A DNA stretch of 63,772 nucleotides, counting the filler, from Octopus bimaculoides (lineage: Eukaryota): the NCBI RefSeq assembly GCF_001194135.2. It is 8 parts of 7 records of this genome, joined end to end, with 100 filler letters (N's around TTAATTAATTAA, not from the genome) between each part and the next. Parts side by side here need not be neighbours in the genome. Positions count along the whole stretch, not along the records: positions 52,202 to 57,256 come from NC_069001.1; positions 57,357 to 59,958 come from NC_068982.1; positions 60,059 to 62,329 come from NC_068993.1; positions 62,430 to 63,772 come from NW_026295142.1; 4 more parts are not named here. One strand, 5' to 3'. Positions within the stretch are counted from its first letter, which is position 1, and each line of letters starts with the position of its first letter. Positions 52,670 through 63,772 of this stretch are shown here, piece after piece. The translations under genes were made by a program, and so were the position numbers. Below the pieces are notes generated by a model, which worked only from the letters and a program-made list of their open reading frames with translations, searched no databases and was not told where the DNA came from.

Positions 52670-54228
52670 TATACACTCAACAGTTTAGACTGTTGGAAAA
52701 GAAAAACTCCTAACATCGGGCTACAACAAGTTGCCTTAGATTCTAAGAACCCTTCTAAGTATCCGAGCTGTCCCTAATAACACTGTTTTCTGCAGCTGTA
52801 CTAAACTGGGTATTATCCCTATTTCGCTATTCAGATCTTTAGGGATAGCTCCCAATGCACCTATAACTACTGGGATACATTTTACCCGCACTTTCCATAG
52901 TGTGTAATTCAATAGCTAGGGCCTGGTACTTTGCTATTTTTTCTATACTTCTCATATTAATGTCTTCATCATTTGGTACTGTAAAGTCAACTATCTGGCA
53001 CTTTCTATTCTCTTTATCTACTACTACTACCAGATCAGGCTTTCTAGCTTCTATTACTCTGTCAGTCTGAATGTTAAAGTTCCACAACATCTTGTACTTC
53101 TTACTATCTAGTACTTTACTAGCTTCATGTTCATACTATTTATCAGTATGTTCAGATCCTAGCTTTTTACAAAGCTCCCAGTGGATTGCTCTCCCTAGTT
53201 TGTCATCTCTTTTCTTCTATTCTTTTTGTGCCAGCATGCTACATTCACTTACTATATGAGTAACGCTTTCCTCTTTTGATTTACATGATCTACTTTGAGA
53301 ATTTACTTGGTTTTGTCTATTTTGGCTTTTATCCAATTAGTCCTTAATGCTTGATCTTGTGCAGCTACTAACAAGCTTTCTGTTTCCCTCTTCGGCTTTC
53401 TCTTCTGCGGCCATAACCATGTCTCACTACTACTATTTGCTGAAATTGTCTTTGGGAATCTACCATGCAACGCCTCCTCCTGCCATTCAGATAATTTCTG
53501 TTCTTTTTTCTGGTTTTTAAGTTCGTTTGGTGTTTTGCTGTGACTCTAGCAGCTTTTAATAAACTTTCTTCACTATTACCTGCATAGGAGTCTATACCTA
53601 CTCTAGCTAACTCCATGCAGTCTTCCACTTATATTAACCCTCTTCCACCTTCATTCCTAGGTAAGTATAATTTTACTACTCCTGCCCTTGGGTGGAGTTC
53701 TCCATTCATATTGAATTCCTTCCTAGTTCTTCTATTTAGCTTTGCTAATTCAGTTTTTTCCCAAATCTACAAAAGCTGCTGAGTATCTAAGTAATGATAC
53801 TACCCAAGTATTTATAGCCTTCACTAGATTCGGGCCATTTAATTTTGACTTCATTAGCTTCCTCATCCTTTTGATGTACTCCTTCTCAATTTTCGTTTTC
53901 ATTTCTGTAGTTAGTACTTTGTCAGATTCTAATACTCCTAGATAATTATAACTCTCTCCTCCTTTCAATGATTTCAATGTCTAGCAATCTGGTAATTGAA
54001 TGCCTTCACTGTTGACTACCTGTCCCCTTCTATTGACTAATATTGCACACTTATCTACGCCACATTCCATACCTTACAGTCTGTATTAAGGAATCTGTCT
54101 CTTTTTCATTCTTACTAAAAAGCTTTAGATCATCCATGTAGAGCAAATGGTTAATTTTTCCCTTATTATTTCTGGACTGATACCCTGCCTTTGCCTTCCT
54201 TCATACTAAACTGAGGGGATCAAACATA
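52667..54228 (-). mobile_element. 5'-truncated Dong/R4-type LINE (RT, thumb, restriction-like endonuclease), decayed
   Basis: KINHLLYMDDLKL (about 54120-54158), YNYLGVLE..KLNGPNLVKAINTW, LWNFNIQTDRVIEARKPDLVVV..CQIVDFTVP..EKIAKYQAL (PD..D RLE); TAA repeats at both ends. Confidence 0.9.
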
Positions 54229-54233
54229 GAACA

Positions 54234-54291
<58 letters not shown>

Positions 54292-54852
54292 GTTTGACTT
54301 TTATTTTGTATTTGTACAAGTTGACTCCAAGCCTCATCCAGAGACCTCAAGAGACAACAAGTTAGAAGTTCATGTTGGTGTTTTGCCTAGGGTATCATAT
54401 ATTTGACTTTGCACATAGTATTGTTCTAGAGAATGTTTAAGAAAACTTAAGAAAATGATGTTTGTTTTAAAATTTGAAATTACATAGTCAGTATTTTACG
54501 TAGGATATGGGCAGTTCCCATGAGCACTATCTTTTAAATTTCTGCCATTTTTGGGGTTTCCCGGTATCTGAGCTAGGTAGGAATCAGCCCCTTTTGCTAT
54601 CATTCCTAGGGCNNNNNNNNNNNNNNNNNNNNNNNNNNNNNNNNNNNNNNNNNNNNNNNNNNNNNNNNNNNNNNNNNNNNNNNNNNNNNNNNNNNNNNNN
54701 NNNNNNNNNNNNTTGGTGTAGGAACCAGCTTTATTAACAACACAATACTGACAGGAATAAAGGGTGTGTATTATTAGCAGGACAATGGTGAAACGGTGAC
54801 AGTGGGTGACCGCATATAATCAGATTGATTATATGCTTGTGTGTGGGTGTGG

Positions 54853-54883
<31 letters not shown>

Positions 54884-55909
54884 CGCAAACACAAATATAC
54901 AAGCATATATATATTTATACATACATAGTTATATATACATGCACACTTATACATACATACATACATACATACATACATACATAAGAAAAGCGTCTCTCTG
55001 AGAAATGCTATATTGTCTTATTTCTTTTCCTTGACAACAAAAGATTAAATTTGGAAAAAACTTGTTTGGAAACATTTTGTTTCTGTTTTTTTTTTTTTTT
55101 CTTTACGAAATCTTAAAGAAACTGATTCCCCTTTCAGTGCCAAGTATTTATCGACACCATTTTCTCAAAGATACATTTATACATATATTTGCATTGTATT
55201 AGTTTGGCTGTAATAAATTTGTTTTCTAAGGCTTTATGTTTTGCGTCTACAAAAGTTGCAATGGAATATCTATGTCACACACTGTTTCAGATTACAATTG
55301 CAAATGGGTGAAGGCATGGCGGTCGTTGAGGTCAAGAAGTCCGCTTCGTAAACTACATGAGCCACAGTTCGATTCCACGATGCGGCACCTTGGATAAATG
55401 TTTTCAATCATAGCCTCAGATTGGTCCATGCTTTATGGGTGGAATATGGTCCATGGGATCAGCTACTTAAGCACTCAATACATTTGAGAGTTAACGATAT
55501 TTTAGATAATGTATTTTATAATCTTTCCAACAACTTAAGTTTCATGTTAAAAAAGATACCTGGCTCTGGCTTACTCCAATCACCAACAATAAATTTAAAT
55601 ACCTAAAAAATATCAACACAAAAACACAGACATACGTAAAAACATTTTCCTAATTTACTCTTTCTTAAAATCACTAATTGCTGAAATTCCAGCAGCTCAG
55701 CTTCCTCAAGCATTCTGCAAAGTTACCACGCCTTCAAAGCAAAATAATATACAAGTAACTAATATGGCAGTCCAGAGAAATAGGAAGAATGCTGCCGTTG
55801 ATTAGCTCCGAGAGGCGATCGCCTCTAGCTAGCTATATGACACACAAATCTGCGTTCATAACACCTTCGAACAGGGGAGGTCATCTACTTCCCTTTGCTG
55901 GCTTGGCAT

Positions 55910-55950
55910 CCACAGACCGGTTTCGGGGCATTTACCCCTTATCAATGTGG
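55910..55950 (-). ncRNA. Minimal type-I hammerhead ribozyme motif with compensatory U3:A8 core
   Basis: Minus strand CCACA-TTGATAA-GGGG-TAAATG-CCCC-GAAAC-CG-GTC-TGTGG: perfect 5-bp stem I, 4-bp stem II, palindromic stem III, GUC triplet. Confidence 0.72.
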
Positions 55951-56398
55951 AGCAGCCGAGTCCAGCAGGCGTCACTGTTGACCGTCTGTTCGAAGGTTTT
56001 ATTTATATATATTCAGTGAAACACATTCACTGATTTTCAAAAATAGAAAAGGACTGCCACGTTAGTTTGGCAATAAATATTAANNNNNNNNNNNNNNNNN
56101 NNNNNNNNNNNNNNNNNNNNNNNNNNNNNNNNNNNNNNNNNNNNNNNNNNNNNNNNNNNNNNNNNNNNNNNNNNNNNNNNNNNNNNNNNNNNNNNNNNNN
56201 NNNNNNNNNNNNNNNNNNNNNNNNNNNNNNNNNNNNNNNNNNNNNNNNNNNNNNNNNNNNNNNNNNNNNNNNNNNNNNNNNNNNNNNNNNNNNNNNNNNN
56301 NNNNNNNNNNNNNNNNNNNNNNNNNNNNNNNNNNNNNNNNNNNNNNNNNNNNNNATCTGTTCATTTAAATATATATATATATATAGATATATATATAC

Positions 56399-56671
56399 AA
56401 TTTAGAGAAAAGAACCACAGTTCCTGAACTCATCCATAAGAATCCACTGTCACATCAAAAATTTATTAAGTAAATACACTAGAAAGAACTATAATAAAAT
56501 ACAAAGTAATAATTATTCAAATAATATTTTATTAATTAAACTATTATTTTAATAATTATTACTTTGTATTTTATATTTCTTTTTAGTGTTATTTACTTAC
56601 TAAATTTTTTCTTTGTGTGACCGTGGATTCTTATGTATGAGTTTATGAACTTTGGTTCTTTTCTCTAAATT
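56399..56671. repeat. AT-rich near-palindromic fold-back (arms about 125 bp)
   Basis: aatttagagaaaagaaccacagttcctgaactcatccataagaatccac matches the reverse complement of 56623-56671 with few mismatches. Confidence 0.85.
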
Positions 56672-56958
56672 ATATATTTATATATTATATACTGTGAAAC
56701 TTAATAATTTAGTTTTAATTTTTTGATAAATTAAATTAAATTGAGTTTTTACCTGTAAATTTGGATTTTTATCCCTAATACTATTATCATTGTTATACAC
56801 ACATATATATATATATATGCATTATATGTGTGTTATGTGTGTGTATATATGTGTGTATATGTGTGTGTGTATATATGTGTGTATGCGTGCATGTGTGTGT
56901 GTGAAAAAAAATAATAACCGATGGTAGTCAATTTCTTTGTTGATCAAAACATAGAACA

Positions 56959-57009
<51 letters not shown>

Positions 57010-57024
57010 GTTGTTGTTATTATT

Positions 57025-57086
<62 letters not shown>

Positions 57087-57644
57087 TAATATGACAACAA
57101 AAGAAGAGTGAGACTTTGATATTATATAAAATAGAGGAATTTATCTATGACAACCAACTAATTGTCACATATTATATATATATATATATCATAAATATAC
57201 AGGGATTAGCATGAGTTGCTTCACCAACATACTGAACATTTAGAAATAGCAGTCAANNNNNNNNNNNNNNNNNNNNNNNNNNNNNNNNNNNNNNNNNNNN
57301 TTAATTAATTAANNNNNNNNNNNNNNNNNNNNNNNNNNNNNNNNNNNNNNNNNNNNCTCTACTACCTCTGTCAAATGAATCACCAAAATTGGCCTTTCAT
57401 TATTTATAATCTGTACCTGTTTGTTTGGTTATGAAATAAAATACACAAAACTTGTTTCTGAATTACGTGTATTTACTTTATATACATATGAGTTGAGAAC
57501 TTTCTTCTAGCATTCCACTTAATGTCTATGTTCCATGCTGGCATGGATTGGAGAGTTATTAATGTAGAAATATGGTATCGTAGCTACTAACAGTTGAGGG
57601 TTGCGTAGTCTAGACGGCGTTTTTAGATTTCATTATTCTCTTTA

Positions 57645-57674
57645 ACCCGGGCAACGCCGGGTATTTCTGCTAGT
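57645..57674 (+). mobile_element. Helitron-type terminus (GC hairpin followed by CTAGT)
   Basis: ACCCGG-GCAACG-CCGGGT hairpin, 7 nt, then CTAGT. Confidence 0.55.
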
Positions 57675-58929
57675 ATAAAATAAATAGATGCAAATGAAGG
57701 GACCTATTCAAATAATTGAAGGAAATATAATACTGGAAATCCATTTAACTGAAGCCAATATAAAGGACAGACATAAAGCCTAGCAATAAGGCTTGTATCA
57801 CCAATGAAGTTTTTCTTATTTCACATGTTAGTTTCTTAGTTTGTTGAGAATATTTACATCTCTTAGAGACTCAAAGTCGATCAAGTGGCACATTTTCAGA
57901 ACTTGATGTTTCTCCTTCTTCTGCCTACTGAGCTGGTTACAAGTGTTTATGGAATCTCTGTTGCAAGCTGTAAAATCTACGTACCATATTGGAAGCATTT
58001 GTTTGCTTTCAAGTAAACAAATATGTATATGTAAATCTAAACTGTGGCTCTGTCAGAAATTTTAACAACCAATAACTACTTCACCTTAAGTGACAAAGCT
58101 TTATTTACACACACATACACACACACACATATACATACATGCACACACGCACACAAATACAAACACACAAACATGTATTTATATTTATGCATGTATATAA
58201 TTATTATTATTATTAGTATTAATTACTTAATTAAGTTTTGACACAATTTTGTACTAAAAGTTCAATTACAGTGCCTGTATAGAACCAAAAAAAAAAAACC
58301 CGAAGAAATTGTAGAAATATTCACTACATTGAAAACGTTATAATAAATCAATTTGTCATAAGATATTTGGAGAAAATATGTTTTAATTTGTTTTAAAATA
58401 GTACATAATCATTTGGTGCTCTTCTTTTGGCTGGGAATGAATTTCTGGAGTGTGAAGGTGTATACTAAAAAGTTTCACTAAATGAATTGTTGGTGAAGGG
58501 ATGAAAAGGACATCTTCTGATTCAGAACTGAGGACCTGTGGTGGTATGCCAAAAAGTCCTTCAAATATGTAGAGAGTTTAAATTTTACTCAAAAATAGCC
58601 AGGTAATGAATGCGGTTCAATTAATGGTAGTGGGGTAACATGTTCACATCTGCATTGTCTTTTAACAATCTAATCAAATATTTTGAATGATCTGGAGCTT
58701 TAATAATATCTGCCTTCTACTGGATGCTGGATGGAATACTCCTTTACTTGATCCCATCAATAATGGAGCAGTACATTTTATATATGTATATATACACACA
58801 CACACACACACATATTTGCCATACTTGACCACTAAATTTACAGGTTTTTTTTCATTCTCTCTCTGTTTCTTTTTTGTTTTTTCTCTTATTCCTTTCTGTT
58901 GAAGAGCGTAGGCTTGAAACATAAAAGAC

Positions 58930-59290
58930 TTTTTCATTTTTCTGAGCATCAGACTAATACATCTGCTGGGGTCTGGTAAGCCAGGAGGCTGCACCAGGCT
59001 CCAATCTGATCTGGCAGAGTTTCTACAGCTGGATGCCCTTCCTAACACCAAGCACTCCAAGAGTGTAGTGGGTGCTTTTACGTGACACCGGCACAAGGGC
59101 CAGTCAGGCGATTCTGGCAACGATCAGGCTCAAAAGGTGTTTTTAACGTGCTACCTGCACAGGAGCCAGTCTGGCGGCACTGGCAATGACCATGCTCGAA
59201 TGTTGTTTTTCATGTGCCACCAGCATACGTGCAGGTAAGGCAACGCTGGTAACAATTTTGCTCAAATGGTGCTATTTACGTGCCTGCAGT
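58930..59290 (-). mobile_element. Repeat family D copy with internal tandem units of about 70 bp
   Basis: Shares caccaggctccaatct...gcagagtttctacagctggatgcccttcctaac with 59680-59958; repeated gccagtc.ggcg..ctggcaa.g. Confidence 0.7.
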
Positions 59291-59679
59291 ACGAGAGCCA
59301 ATCTCCTCAAGAACTACATTAAGTGTACACATGTCTGTGTAGTGCTCAGCCAGTTGCATGTTAATTCTATGAACTGGCTATTCCTTTGATTGGATCAACT
59401 GGAACCCTCATCGTTGTAACCAGACAGCTGTAGTGGATGGTTATCCCCTGTCAGCAATATAGACCTGAGTGCTTTTATGCACCACAAGCGCATACAAGAG
59501 GTCCTTTCATGGTAAATAATTCAGTATTCCTCTTTTAGGGGAAGATAAATATTACCTTTTGGTCTTGATATCGCTTCTGTTGCTGTTTATTATATATCTA
59601 TATTTCTGAGATGAAGTACTTCATGAATGCTAAATGTCCACACACTTTACAAATGCTAACTTTGTTATGGATAACACAT

Positions 59680-59958
59680 ATCATCATCATCATCATCATC
59701 ATCATCATCGTTTAACGTCCGTTTTCCATGCTAGCATGGGCTGGACGATTTGACTGAGGACTGGTGAAACCGGATGGCAACACCAGGCTCCAATCTAATT
59801 TGGCAGAGTTTCTACAGCTGGATGCCCTTCCTAACGCCAACCACTCAGAGAATGTAGTGGGTGCTTTTACGTGTCACCCGCACGAAGGCCAGTCAGGCGG
59901 TACTGGCAACGGCCATGCTCGAAATGGTGTCTTTTATGTGCCACCCGCACAAAAGCCA
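59680..59958 (-). mobile_element. Repeat family D (SINE- or LINE-tail-like) with a (CAT)n end
   Basis: catcatcatcatcgtttaacgtccgttttccatgc...; homologous to 58930-59290. Strand is inferred from the microsatellite tail. Confidence 0.7.
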
Positions 59959-60058
59959 NNNNNNNNNNNNNNNNNNNNNNNNNNNNNNNNNNNNNNNNNN
60001 NNTTAATTAATTAANNNNNNNNNNNNNNNNNNNNNNNNNNNNNNNNNNNNNNNNNNNN

Positions 60059-60092
<34 letters not shown>

Positions 60093-61140
60093 TTTACTCC
60101 TATGTGTGCATTGAATTGACAAGTAGCCTGTTGCATGTTGCATGTGAGTAGCAATTACAATAATGTCTTATATGCTTTGCGTTAATATTTACATCTTTGT
60201 ATATATTATGCGATAGAAAACTCTATTAGTCAGCTTCGTTTTAAGAGCCAATGATATGGTCTCTACTGTTACCAACAATAACGAAATCCACGTCAAACTA
60301 CAAACTGCCCTCTTGAACACAAACACACGCATACATACACACACACGCATACATACACACACTTACACACACGCTAACACATACATACACATACAGACAC
60401 ACACACATTTGCGTGTGTTTGTGTGTGTATGCGTGTGTGCGTGCGCGTGGCTTCTTACACTTTGAATTTTTGCAAAGATGCCTTACAAATCACAAAAAAC
60501 GTTATCATTTAACACGTGTGTTACCATGGTAATTTTATAACAGATAAAAAATATCATTTATATACTGAAAATCAAGCATTTAAGAAGAAGAATGAGTATT
60601 TATTGAGGAAACTGTCGGCTTTTATCTTTTCTCACTCAAAGTTTGAACAATTAAGAACCTACGAAAAAAAAAAAAAATGAAAAAAGAAGTATTTTATGAA
60701 TGTTGAATTTACGTCGAGTGAAACTATGCTAATTGTTTCAAATAAGGATGAAATGGTGGTACATATAACCACCGATGACTGAAAACAGATAATCGTTTCT
60801 ATGAGTGTGAAAAGAAAAAACAAAGATATGAAATGCATATATTACGTGTATCTTCATCGTAACACACTTCTGTTAAATTCAAACATCTAACCATGCCATG
60901 ATTAATCTAGAAATGATTATCTCCCTTACAATATCTGCCGTTAGGGAAGTTGTTCGAACTATAAATTCTAGTAACTATATCATATCAGGGAACTGCTTGG
61001 AAAATGAAAGATATGTGAAGATAAGACGTCTTCTTAAATATAACAATATTTGTTTCCTCACACGGCTTCAGATCAAAATACTCACAAGCGAATTCGAAAG
61101 AAACAAACATAACGACAATAATAACAATAACAATAACAAC

Positions 61141-61187
<47 letters not shown>

Positions 61188-62430
61188 TAATAATAATAAT
61201 AGTTACAGATAATTNNNNNNNNNNAATAATAATAATAATAACAATAATAATAATAATAGTTACAGATAATTGTTCATTCGCCCATACATGACTGGTCATA
61301 AGTTCTCAAAATGTAAAAAATACTGCATCATTGTATAACTAACTGTCCTTGCTAAAATTTCACGCACACACACATATACACGAATACACCCACAGACACA
61401 GACACAAGCACACACACATATACACACATATCTATATATACATTTACATATATATGCATNNNNNNNNNNNNNNNNNNNNNNNNNNNNNNNNNNNNNNNNN
61501 NNNNNNNNNNNNNNNNNNNNNNNNNNNNNNNNNNNNNNNNNNNNNNNNNNNNNNNNNNNNNNNNNNNNNNNNNNNNNNNNNNNNNNNNNNNNNNNNNNNN
61601 NNNNNNNNNNNNNNNNNNNNNNNNNNNNNNNNNNNNNNNNNNNNNNNAGTAAGCGTTGGAAAAACCACGTTGACAACCAGTTAGTAGCAAAAATGATATT
61701 TCAGCGAATGAAAGCTAGAAAAAAAAAAAAAGATAAAATAGAACGCCATGAATGACCTCAAAGATACGAAGCTTGTTATAACAAAATGTGAAAGCGTTTT
61801 ACAAATCGTTGCAATTTAAAACTTAGATTCAGAGATATACTTAACTTTTGTGTGTGTGTGTGTGTGTGTACAGGCGTGTGTGAAAGATCAAAAGACTAAA
61901 CGTATGTATCAAAAGAAGCAGATCGTTAGTATGTGTGTGCTTGTGATGCGCGTGTGTGTGTATGTACTGTATGCTTGACTACTTTTCTATTTGTCGTAAC
62001 ATACACAAAAATCAATAACTTGTATATTCTATTGAATTATTGACAATTATATACACATATANNNNNNNNNNATACATAAGAGAATAAATCAATAGACACA
62101 TAACAACTACAATAATGAACTAGTATATGAAAATGAATAATCCTTGCAGTTTCTAATGTTATCAGTTCCAAGAATATTTCTTGAAACACGTTTGATGTCT
62201 CGAGATGAAGACTTATCCCTAGATGGTTCCACTGTTTGATATTTCTTTCATCATATTTTTTCGTATGTATGGATGTGAAATGCGTCTTTGAAATGTATCT
62301 CTTCGCATATGCACGTATGCATGCATATANNNNNNNNNNNNNNNNNNNNNNNNNNNNNNNNNNNNNNNNNNNNTTAATTAATTAANNNNNNNNNNNNNNN
62401 NNNNNNNNNNNNNNNNNNNNNNNNNNNNNA

Positions 62431-62643
62431 GTAAATAAACGAACGAACATATACTAAATACACAGACAGACAGAAAACACAGAAGGTCACCAAATCTTCA
62501 TCAGTTATCGGCCAGAGGGTCAAACGCAATTTCAGCCATTATTGATAATGGCTGAAATTGCGTTTGACGAAGATGAACAATTGGTGACTTTCTTTGTTTT
62601 CTGTCCGTCTGTGTATTTAGTATATGTTCGTTTGTTTATTCAC
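62431..62643. repeat. Long hairpin with a perfect 24-bp inner stem and a 2-nt loop
   Basis: gtcaaacgcaatttcagccattat (62519-62542) - tg - ataatggctgaaattgcgtttgac (62545-62568); outer arms 62431-62502 / 62569-62643 also complementary. Confidence 0.88.
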
Positions 62644-62739
62644 GACACGTTTTTTAAAATTATATATATTGGTAGGTCATATTTTCCGTTTGTTGTCTTT
62701 TTATTTAATCCTGAATATATCATTTATGTAACGCACGCA

Positions 62740-63150
62740 CTCCTACCATCGCTTGACAACCGATGTTGGTGTGTTTACGTCCCCGTAACCTAGCAGTCCG
62801 GCAAAAGACACAGACAGAATAAGTACTAGGCTTACAAAGAATAAGTCCTAGGGTCGATTTGTTCGACTATATGCGGTGCTCCAGTATGGCCGCAGTGAAA
62901 TGAGTGAAACAAATAAAAGAATAAAAGAATATATATATGTATTGGTATGTCTGTCTTAGTCCCCCCCCCCACCATCGCTTGGCAACCTATGTTGGTGTGT
63001 TTACGTATGCGTAACTTAGCAGTTTGGCAGAATGAACTGATAGAATAAGTACTAGGCTTACAAAGAATAAGTCTTGATGTTGATTTATTCTACTTAAGGT
63101 GGTGCTCCAGCATGGCCGCAGTCAAATGACTGAAACAAGTCAAAGAATAA
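62740..63150 (+). mobile_element. Two tandem 3' halves of SINE family C
   Basis: accatcgcttg.caacc.atgttggtgtgtttacgt...cagcatggccgcagt appears at about 62745 and 62971. Confidence 0.85.
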
Positions 63151-63187
63151 AAGAATGTGAACACACACTTACACAGTCACACACAAG

Positions 63188-63218
<31 letters not shown>

Positions 63219-63565
63219 ACATGCATACACACACTCATAAGCACACATATGCACATATAAACGTACTCAGGCACACAATGTATCAAAAACAGTATCAGTC
63301 GATTCAGTTTGGTTCTCGTCAATGACCTGCCCTCGCTATCCTAGCGACCACGCTGGAGCAACGAGAGGATAAGTCAAAAACGGAAATCTGAATGGCGACA
63401 AAGGCATTCTAGCAAACCAACTTATAAATTGAGTGACCAGACGATTAGTCAAATTATCTAGTAATTAATCGGTTAACGAGTTAATTAGTTGACTTATAAT
63501 AATAAAAAGTGAAGAGAAATAAAGCCAGTGCATGTGTTGTTATTGGTAAAGAGATCGCCTGAAAT

Positions 63566-63596
<31 letters not shown>

Positions 63597-63772
63597 TGTG
63601 TGTATGTTTGTGTGTACATTTATATGCATATAATATATATATATTTATACGTATGTTTATATGTGTATATGTATATATACACGATCATACAAAACCCTGT
63701 TTTTGTATATATTTTTTATTTTTATTTTTATTTTTATTTTGTATATTTATTTTTATTCACATATGTATATAT

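Noticed and set aside
63318-63344. ..VNDLPSLS* resembling dipeptidase HNDLP
   Set aside because: No His, no AG acceptor at the required phase, and a stop five codons after NDL.

Overview
AT-rich, microsatellite-dense eukaryotic DNA from a gappy draft assembly. The repeat repertoire (tRNA-headed SINEs, RTE and Dong/R4-type LINEs, maT/mariner, hAT, MULE) and overall style suggest a coleoid cephalopod, probably Octopus; this is inference, not a search result. Only one host coding segment is supportable: an ATG-initiated exon at 5263-5459 (+). It encodes a signal-anchor segment followed by ...AKSILKAHALIDG and ends at a GTAAGT donor, which fits the first coding exon of a membrane dipeptidase (peptidase M19, DPEP-like). 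I could not find the next exon (HNDLP...), so most of the window is probably one very large first intron filled with decayed transposons. The most interesting hidden layer is six minimal type-I hammerhead ribozyme motifs of the kind carried by Penelope-like elements: 957-1013, 13074-13106, 18894-18932, 27823-27866, 28138-28181 and 55910-55950. Two of them have the compensatory U3:A8 core. Two others lie in a composite tRNA-head + (TAA)n + hammerhead-tail element with an inverted tail copy and a 12-bp flanking direct repeat, a candidate Penelope-dependent SINE. There are also several long fold-back hairpins, a MULE-like MITE filled with telomere-like repeats, and Dong/R4 fragments that sit in TAA repeats. 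Seven 44N-TTAATTAATTAA-44N blocks are assembly linkers, so contiguity across them is not guaranteed.
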